From positions 130,685 through 194,684 of the forward strand of contig DASZXY010000024.1 in the NCBI GenBank assembly GCA_035545635.1: DNA of 64,000 bases, in the 5' to 3' direction. The position numbers were made by a program, and so were the translations under genes. Source of the DNA: Mycobacteriales bacterium (lineage in GTDB: Bacteria; Actinomycetota; Actinomycetes; JAFAQI01). The notes below the pieces were generated by a model, which ran no database searches, was not told the DNA's origin, and worked only from the letters and a program-made list of their open reading frames with translations. Numbering within the stretch: position 1 is the first letter of the stretch; each line of letters begins with the position of its first letter. Positions 56,453-64,000 of this stretch are shown one piece after another.

Positions 56453-57439
56453 GTGAAGCATGACGTTGTCGAGTTCCGCGGTACGCGCATCCACTACGTC
56501 GAAGAGGGCACCGGGCCTCTGGTCGTGTTGGTTCACGGCTTCCCGGAGTCCTGGTACTCCTGGCGTCACCAGCTCCCGGTGATTGCCGAGGCCGGCTTTC
56601 GGGCGGTGGCCATCGACGTGCGCGGTTACGGCCGATCGTCCGCTCCGTACGAAGTCGACGCCTACGGGATGGTGCACCACGTCGGCGACAACGTCGGCGT
56701 CGTCGAGACCCTCGCCGGTCCGGACGGCACCGCGATCCTCATCGGTCACGACTGGGGCTCGCCGATCGTGGCGCACTCCGCTCTGCTGCGCCCGGAACGG
56801 TTCACCGCGGTCGCGATGCTCAGCGTCCCCTACAACGCGCCCGGCGGGCCCTGCCCGACCGAGGCGTTCGCGAAGATGGGCGAGCTGGCTGGCACGATGA
56901 CCGGGCTCGAGGAAGAGTTCTACATCACCTACTTCCAGCAACCCGGACGCGCCGAGCGGGAGTTCGAGGCCGACGTACGAACCTCGCTGTTGAAGTTCTA
57001 CATCGGGGCATCCGCTGATGCGCATCGCAGTACGGACGGCGGTACGACGGCAACCAAGGCCAAAGGTCAGATGCTGCTGGACCGCGTGACGTTGCCGGAC
57101 TCGCTGCCCGGCTGGCTCAGCGAAGCCGACCTGGACTACTACACCGAGCAGTTCCAGTACGCCGGCTTCCGGGGACCGCTCAACCGCTACCGCAACGTCG
57201 ACCGCGACTGGATCGATCTGCGGGCCTGGACGGGCGCCCCGATCAGGCAGCCGTCGTTGTTCATCGGCGGTGACCGCGACGGCCCGGTGATCTGGGGGCA
57301 GAACGCGATCAAGCGGTTCCCGGAGAGTCTGCCGGGCTTGCGAGGCAGCCACATCCTCGAGAACTGCGGCCACTGGGTGCAGCAGGAGAAGCCCGAGATC
57401 GTCAACAAGCTCCTCGTCGACTGGCTTGTCGCTTTGTAA
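56453..57439 (+). CDS. Epoxide hydrolase-type alpha/beta hydrolase
   Basis: LVHGFPESWYSWRHQ, nucleophile GHDWGSPI, C-terminal GHWVQQEKPE. Confidence 0.8.
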   Translation: MKHDVVEFRGTRIHYVEEGTGPLVVLVHGFPESWYSWRHQLPVIAEAGFRAVAIDVRGYGRSSAPYEVDAYGMVHHVGDNVGVVETLAGPDGTAILIGHDWGSPIVAHSALLRPERFTAVAMLSVPYNAPGGPCPTEAFAKMGELAGTMTGLEEEFYITYFQQPGRAEREFEADVRTSLLKFYIGASADAHRSTDGGTTATKAKGQMLLDRVTLPDSLPGWLSEADLDYYTEQFQYAGFRGPLNRYRNVDRDWIDLRAWTGAPIRQPSLFIGGDRDGPVIWGQNAIKRFPESLPGLRGSHILENCGHWVQQEKPEIVNKLLVDWLVAL

Positions 57440-57489
57440 CAGCGTGGGCGCGAGGGTGCGTCAGGCTGTCCTCGTGGCGTTGACGCGGG

Positions 57490-57573
57490 GTGGTGACGTT
57501 TCTGTTCACCGACATCGAGGGCTCACGACACGCATGTCACATAGGTGTCGCGATTCACGGCACGCATGTCACA
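57490..57573 (+). pseudogene. 12-codon remnant of a cyclase-type (VTFLFTDIEGST...) gene N-terminus
   Basis: GTG GTG ACG TTT CTG TTC ACC GAC ATC GAG GGC TCA encodes VVTFLFTDIEGS, the stereotyped first strand of class III cyclase domains at the N-termini of large actinobacterial regulators. The frame then enters the 32-bp repeats and stops after 27 codons. Confidence 0.35.
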
Positions 57574-57610
57574 TAGGTGTCGTGATTCACGACCCGCATG
57601 TCACATGCGA
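57523..57610. repeat. 32-bp tandem direct repeat, about 2.7 copies
   Basis: Copy 1: 57523-57554 (TCACGACACGCATGTCACATAGGTGTCGCGAT). Copy 2: 57555-57586 (2 mismatches). Copy 3: 57587-57610 (partial, 1-nt insertion). Ends 27 nt before the 3' end of tRNA-Gly. Confidence 0.85.
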
Positions 57611-57637
57611 ACCGCTCGATCCGGTGCCGCTTTGCAG

Positions 57638-57709
<72 letters not shown>

Positions 57710-57744
57710 GCGGGCCGCCCGACCTAAGATCGCAGGGCAAGCCG

Positions 57745-57817
57745 CGGGGCGTAGCGTAGTGGCTAGCGCGCCTGCTTTGGGAGCAGGAGATCGGGAGTTC
57801 GAGTCTCCCCGCCCCGA
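57745..57817 (+). tRNA. tRNA-Pro (anticodon TGG)
   Basis: cggggcg-ta-gcgt...gcgc-cctgc-tttggga-gcagg-agatc-gggag-ttcgagt-ctccc-cgccccg-a cloverleaf. Confidence 0.9.
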
Positions 57818-57860
57818 CAGCACACCGATCCATCTATCTGTTCAGGAGATCTGCGCCCCA

Positions 57861-59264
57861 ATGAAGAGCGCCGTCGAGACCCTCACCCCGACCCGCGTCA
57901 AGCTCACCGTCGAGGTGCCGTTCGACGAGCTCCAGCCCGCCATGACGGAGGCCTACAAGAAGATCGGGCAGCAGATCCGGGTCAAGGGCTTCCGTCCCGG
58001 CAAGGTTCCGCCGCGCCTGATCGACCAGCAGGTGGGTCGCGGGGCCGTGCTCGAGCAGGCGGTCAACGACGCGCTCCCGACCCTCTACGGCAACGCGGTC
58101 CGCGAGAACGAGGTCGAGATCCTCGGTCAACCCGAGATCGAGGTCACCAACTTCGCCGACGGCGAGGACCTGGTCTTCACCGCCGAGGTCGACGTGCGTC
58201 CGGAGATCGACCTTCCTTCCTACGTCGGGCTGCCGGTGTCGGTCGAGGACGCCGATGTCAGCGACAGCGAGATCGACGAGCAGCTGCAGGGGATGCGCGA
58301 CCGCTTCGCGACGCTCGCGACAGTCGAGCGCGCCGCAGCCTCCGGCGACTTCGTGTCGATCGACCTCTCCGCCACCGTCGACGGGAAGGCCGTCGAGGAC
58401 GCAAGCGCCAACAACCTGTCCTACGAGGTCGGGAGCGACTCGCTCGTCGCCGGGCTCGACGACGCGATCGCCGGTCTGTCGGTCGGCGAGTCGAAGGAGT
58501 TCGAGACCCAGCTGCGCACCGGGTCCGAGGGTGGCAGCGCCGCGCAGGCGACGGTCACCGTCCGTGCGGTGAAGGAGAAGCAGGTCCCTGACCTCGACGA
58601 CGACTTCGCGCAGATGGCGAGTGAGTTCGACACGATCGAGGAGCTCAAGAGCGACCTGAAGAGTCGCCTGGAGCGTGTGAAGGCGTTGACCCAGGGCGTC
58701 ACGGCGCGCGACAAGGTCCTCGACGTGCTCCTCGACAAGGTCGACATCCCGCTGCCCGAGAACGTCCTGAGCGAGGAGGTCGCCTACCGCAAGCAGGACC
58801 TCGACCACCAGCTCGGCCACGCCGGCATCTCCAAGGAGGACTACGCCAAGTCCCAGGACCAGACGGTGGAGGAGCTCGACGCCGAGATCGAGACCGGCTC
58901 CGCGAAGGCCATGAAGTCGCAGTTCGTCCTCGACGCGATCGCGAAGAAAGAGGAGCTCGGCGTCGACGAGTCCGACCTCACCGGGGAGATCGTGCGCCGC
59001 GCCGCACGCGCCGGCGTGCCGGCCGACGCCTACGCCCAGCAGGTGGTGAACCAGGGCGCGCTCGGGTCGCTGATGGCCGACATCCTGCGAGGCAAGGCGC
59101 TTGCCCTCGTCATGGAGCGCGCCAAGATCACTGACGCCTCAGGCCGCCCGGTCGACCTCGAGAAGCTGTCCGGTCGCGGCGACGCCGAGGCTGAGCACGA
59201 CCACGAGGGCCACGACCACGACCACGACCACGAGGGTCACGACCACGGCGACGCCGAGGAGTAG
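57861..59264 (+). CDS. tig: Trigger factor with His/Asp-rich C-terminal tail
   Basis: SD AGGAG plus ATG 57861. MKSAVETLTPTRVKLTVEVPFDEL N-terminus and a central FKBP-like domain. Tail is EHDHEGHDHDHDHEGHDHGDAEE. Confidence 0.9.
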   Translation: MKSAVETLTPTRVKLTVEVPFDELQPAMTEAYKKIGQQIRVKGFRPGKVPPRLIDQQVGRGAVLEQAVNDALPTLYGNAVRENEVEILGQPEIEVTNFADGEDLVFTAEVDVRPEIDLPSYVGLPVSVEDADVSDSEIDEQLQGMRDRFATLATVERAAASGDFVSIDLSATVDGKAVEDASANNLSYEVGSDSLVAGLDDAIAGLSVGESKEFETQLRTGSEGGSAAQATVTVRAVKEKQVPDLDDDFAQMASEFDTIEELKSDLKSRLERVKALTQGVTARDKVLDVLLDKVDIPLPENVLSEEVAYRKQDLDHQLGHAGISKEDYAKSQDQTVEELDAEIETGSAKAMKSQFVLDAIAKKEELGVDESDLTGEIVRRAARAGVPADAYAQQVVNQGALGSLMADILRGKALALVMERAKITDASGRPVDLEKLSGRGDAEAEHDHEGHDHDHDHEGHDHGDAEE

Positions 59265-59270
59265 CGCCGC

Positions 59271-59972
59271 TTAGGCGGTCAGCACCGCGCCAGTCAGCCC
59301 GACGGCGAGCTCGACCACCCGGCGCAGGTGCACCAGCTCCACTTGCAGGAACGTCGGGCCATCGGCGCGACCCAGATAGATGCGCTCGGCGCCCAATCCC
59401 GCCCAGGGCACTCCGACAACCTCGAGCGACCGGTCCTCCGCCGTACGAACGGTCGCGCGTCGGGGGAGCGGTCCGATCGGCTCGGGCAGCGAATCCGGAA
59501 GCGGACTCGGCGCACCGGGGGTCGCGTTCACGACCACCCCTGAGTCGGTGACCGCGGCCGCCCAGTCCGCACTCCAGACCGAAGGCGCCAGCGCGACAAA
59601 GCTCACGACGGCCTCCGTCGGGTTGCCGGCCATCCGGGCGAGCAGGTCCAGGTCGCGCCGCTGGCCGTTCAGCTGAACCGTGCGGCGCACGTTGAGCACC
59701 TCCGCCCCGGTCGCCCTGAGCTTCGCCGCCAGTCCCTCTCGCGATCCGTCCGGCAGATCGACGACCAAGTCGTCGATCACGCGGCCATCGGCTGAGGCGA
59801 GGACCTCGATGTCGACGATGTTGCCGCCGGTGTCGGCGATCACCTTCGCCATCGACAGCAGAGCGCCGGGCCGGTCCAGGACGCTGACGCGGGCGCGTAG
59901 CAACACAGGGAGACTCCTCTTAGTCGGTTGCCCCACTCTGCCCTGGTCAGATTGCCGGGATGTGAACGCCAC
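59271..59972 (-). CDS. ACT domain-containing protein
   Basis: ACT-like VLLRARVSVLDRPGALLSMAKVIADTGGNIVDIEV, followed by ~150 aa I do not recognise. Start uncertain. Confidence 0.5.
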   Translation of the reverse strand: MAFTSRQSDQGRVGQPTKRSLPVLLRARVSVLDRPGALLSMAKVIADTGGNIVDIEVLASADGRVIDDLVVDLPDGSREGLAAKLRATGAEVLNVRRTVQLNGQRRDLDLLARMAGNPTEAVVSFVALAPSVWSADWAAAVTDSGVVVNATPGAPSPLPDSLPEPIGPLPRRATVRTAEDRSLEVVGVPWAGLGAERIYLGRADGPTFLQVELVHLRRVVELAVGLTGAVLTA

Positions 59973-60043
59973 GTCTCGGCGAACTGACTGTGCTCACAGC
60001 GAACAGGCTGTGTACCGGGGAAGGAATCGGCTCGGGTGCCGGT

Positions 60044-60049
60044 TAGTGT
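60044..60049 (+). promoter_or_regulatory. Candidate -10 hexamer (TAGTGT) for a leaderless clpP1 transcript
   Basis: TANNNT-type hexamer ending 6 nt before ATG 60056. No Shine-Dalgarno between them. Confidence 0.3.
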
Positions 60050-60055
60050 CGTGTC

Positions 60056-60670
60056 ATGAGCGATCTGAACCCGGTGATGCGAGGAAACGGCTCCGGCCTG
60101 AACCTCAACGACTCGGTCTACGAACGGCTGCTCCGTGAGCGGATCGTGTTCCTGGGCAGCCAGGTCGACGACCCGATCGCGAACCAGATCTGCGCCCAGC
60201 TCCTCCTGCTTTCCGCGGAGGACCAGGACCGCGACATCTACCTCTACATCAACTCACCGGGCGGCTCGGTCAGTGCCGGCATGGCGATCTACGACACGAT
60301 GCAGTTCATCGCGAACGACGTCGCGACCGTGGGGATCGGCCTCGCGGCCAGCATGGGTCAGTTCCTGCTCTGCGCGGGCGCGACGGGCAAGCGCTACGTC
60401 ACCCCGCACGCGCGGGTCATGATGCACCAGCCGTCGGGTGGGATCGGCGGTACGGCGAGCGACATCGCGATCCAGGCCGAGCAGATGCTCTACACGAAGA
60501 AGACCATGCAGGAGCGGATCGCCTTCCACACCGGTCAGACCGTCGAGCAGATCGAGCGCGACTCCGATCGCGACCGCTGGTTCACTGCCGATGAGGCCAA
60601 GGACTACGGGTTCGTCGACCACGTCGTCGCCCGAGCCAACCAGGTGCCGTCCGACGGCGCGGTGTCCTGA
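60056..60670 (+). CDS. clpP1: ATP-dependent Clp protease proteolytic subunit 1
   Basis: [20 protein letters not shown], catalytic Ser [11 protein letters not shown], His MMHQPSGG. Confidence 0.9.
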   Translation: MSDLNPVMRGNGSGLNLNDSVYERLLRERIVFLGSQVDDPIANQICAQLLLLSAEDQDRDIYLYINSPGGSVSAGMAIYDTMQFIANDVATVGIGLAASMGQFLLCAGATGKRYVTPHARVMMHQPSGGIGGTASDIAIQAEQMLYTKKTMQERIAFHTGQTVEQIERDSDRDRWFTADEAKDYGFVDHVVARANQVPSDGAVS

Positions 60671-60671
60671 C

Positions 60672-61334
60672 ATGACGACTTTGGGAGAGACCGGCATGTA
60701 CGACCCCCGACAGGCGCCGCAGTCGCGGTACATCCTGCCGACGTTCACGGAGCGCACCAGCTACGGCTTCAAGGAGCTCTCGCCGTACACGAAGCTTTTC
60801 GAGGAGCGGATCATCTTCCTCGGTGTGCAGATCGACGACGCGTCCGCGGATGACGTCATGGCGCAGCTGCTGTGCCTGGAGCAGATGGACCCGGACCGGG
60901 ACATCTCCATCTACATCAACTCGCCCGGCGGCTCGTTCACCGCACTGACGGCGATCTACGACTGCATGCAGTTCATCCGGCCGGAGATCATGACGGTCTG
61001 CCTCGGCCAAGCCGCATCCGCTGCCGCAGTGCTGCTCGGTGCCGGTACGCCGGGCAAGCGGCTCGCGCTGCCGAACTCCCGGATCCTGATCCACCAGCCC
61101 TACAGCGAGGGTGGCGGCTCGGGGAGCGACATCGAGATCCAGGCCCGCGAGATCCTCCGGATGCGGAGCCTCCTCGAGTCCCTGATCGCCACGCACACCG
61201 GGCGCACGCCGGAGCAGGTCAAGGAAGACATCGAGCGGGACAAGATCCTGACGGCCGAAGAGGCGGTTGAGTACGGCATCGTCGACGAGGTCATCCGCAG
61301 CCGCAAGCTGACGGCGGTCCCGAGCCCCTCGTAG
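60672..61334 (+). CDS. clpP2: ATP-dependent Clp protease proteolytic subunit 2
   Basis: Start at ATG 60672, 1 nt after the clpP1 stop. [36 protein letters not shown]. Confidence 0.9.
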   Translation: MTTLGETGMYDPRQAPQSRYILPTFTERTSYGFKELSPYTKLFEERIIFLGVQIDDASADDVMAQLLCLEQMDPDRDISIYINSPGGSFTALTAIYDCMQFIRPEIMTVCLGQAASAAAVLLGAGTPGKRLALPNSRILIHQPYSEGGGSGSDIEIQAREILRMRSLLESLIATHTGRTPEQVKEDIERDKILTAEEAVEYGIVDEVIRSRKLTAVPSPS

Positions 61335-61554
61335 CCCTGTCACGCTCGCCCCAGGCGTATCAACCCAGGTCAGACCCGCCTAGACCTCCGCTTGAGACCC
61401 GCGCCATCCGGTCGATCAGAAGGGTGTTTTAGGGGCGCGATGTCGGGTTGGCGCGATACCGTCGTACCAGGCCAGCGCCCCGCGCCGGCCGCCCCAGGCA
61501 CGGCTCCAACCCAAGCTCGTAAGCACAGAGCTCGGCCAGCACAGAGGAGAGCGA

Positions 61555-62828
<1,274 letters not shown>

Positions 62829-62829
<1 letters not shown>

Positions 62830-64000
62830 TGCCGGATCGCCTGGGGGGCCGGGTCAGTTACATACCGGCACTTGATGGGATTCGCGGGCTGTTGGTGCCC
62901 GGCGTGATCCTGGTCCACTACACGCTGTTCCTCAACAACCGACCGGGACTGCCCGGCTGGATGCACCACGTCGGGCTGTTCAGCTTGAACATCCAGATGT
63001 TCTTCGTGCTGTCCGGTGCGCTCATCACGAGCTTGCTGGTCGCGGAGCACCAACGCACCGGGACCGCCTCGCTGAAGCAGTTCTATCTGCGTCGCTCGCG
63101 CCGGCTCGGCCCGGCGCTGGTCACCGTCTTGCCGCTGATGCTCCTTGCCGAGCTGGCGTGGACAGGCAGTCGCGGCTCGTCGCCGCTCGGCTCCCACCCG
63201 TGGCTCGCTTTCGCGGCGGTCGCGACCTTCGTCGGCAATTGGGTGCTGTTTCGCGTCACCGGCGGCATCGGATGGCTCGGTCCGGCGTGGACGCTCGGCA
63301 TCGAGGAGCAGTTCTACCTGACCTGGCCGATCCTGCTGAAGCTTTGTCTCAAGCGCCGGGTGTCACGCGGAGCGATCCTCATGACCTTCGGCGCCGCCGC
63401 GCTGTTGAGCATCGCGTTCGCGACTTTCCTGTACCACCGTTACGGCAGCGCGCGGACCTACTACGCGACTCCGACCCAGCTGCCCAGCATCGTCGTCGGC
63501 TGCGCCCTCGGCTACGAGCTCACCGCCAACCCGCTCGGCCGGATCGCTCGGCTGATGCGCTACCGAGCGATCGGGATCGCCGGCTTCGCCGGCACTGTCC
63601 TCGCTTCGATCGCGCTTGCTGACCACGATCACTACATCTACAGCGGCGGCTACCTCGTCTACGCATTGATCGCGTGTCTGCTCGTCGGCCACTGCTTTGT
63701 CGTCGCGGACGAGGAGACGATCGTCACGCGGGTGCTCTCCTGGCGGCCGTTCAGGGTGTTGGGTCTGGTCTCCTACGAGGCGTACCTGATCCACGTCATC
63801 GTGATCATCGCCGTTGCCCGCGCGCTGCCCGACCTGCACGTCTACCCGATGATTCTGCTCGACTCGGCGATCGTCGCCGCGCTTTCGCTGTCCTTCTACT
63901 ACCTCGTCGAGCAGCCGATCCGCCGCGACGGCTGGCGCAAGTTCTTCGAGGCCGCACGTCGTCCGGTACCCGCTGTCCGCGGCGCGTTCGCGCGCCAGCC
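62829..64000 (+). CDS. Acyltransferase-3 family membrane protein (3' end outside the window)
   Basis: Not in the ORF track because there is no stop in the window. ATG 62829 overlaps the clpX stop. My translation gives MPDRLGGRVSYIPALDGIRGLLV...NIQMFFVLSGALIT...WTLGIEEQFYLTWP, typical of acyltransferase 3. Confidence 0.75.

Noticed and set aside
57523-57610. 32-bp repeats as a CRISPR array.
   Set aside because: The repeats are directly tandem with no spacers, there are fewer than 3 copies, and the window has no cas genes.
59941-60055. ClgR-type operator upstream of clpP1.
   Set aside because: I found only two GCGAAC half-site-like hexamers, and they are not in the CGC-N5-GCG palindromic arrangement I remember. 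The evidence is insufficient.

Overview
High-GC (roughly 70%) actinobacterial chromosome, almost fully coding: about 65 CDS and 3 tRNAs. I saw no rRNA, CRISPR array, integrase or transposase. From memory, the backbone gene order matches the M. tuberculosis Rv2457c-Rv2478c neighbourhood: ssb-like, ettA, glbO, HNH, pepN, Rv2466c-like DsbA/mycoredoxin, rpiB, tRNA-Gly, tRNA-Pro, tig, clpP1, clpP2, clpX. The left part carries tRNA-Arg, a membrane HAMP adenylate cyclase, a liv-type ABC importer, bioA-bioF-bioD, a GAF-GGDEF protein and two SDRs. About 27.7 kb of lineage-variable cargo lies between rpiB and tRNA-Gly. It holds a PP2C phosphatase, a CoA-transferase, an Ldt-M15-Ldt peptidoglycan module, a run of secreted hydrolases, and a small-molecule-modification islet (P450, cupins, APH, SDR, epoxide hydrolase). 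The best candidate for something undescribed is a tight minus-strand array at 41.6-50.1 kb. It reads: secreted S53 sedolisin, then an exported membrane-anchored vWA/Asp-box protein whose stop overlaps (ATGA) the start of a divergent FtsH-family AAA+ protease, then a CsbD-ER/K fusion and a second ER/K-rich helical protein. Other points worth a second look: an in-frame 27/30-bp tandem duplication across the livG/livF junction; a 32-bp tandem repeat next to a 12-codon cyclase-type gene remnant at the 3' side of tRNA-Gly; a monothiol (CPWA) variant of the Rv2466c-type reductase; and a bioA whose conserved N-terminal coding potential extends upstream of any canonical start codon. All calls come from reading the supplied translations and sequence by eye. 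No database search was run.
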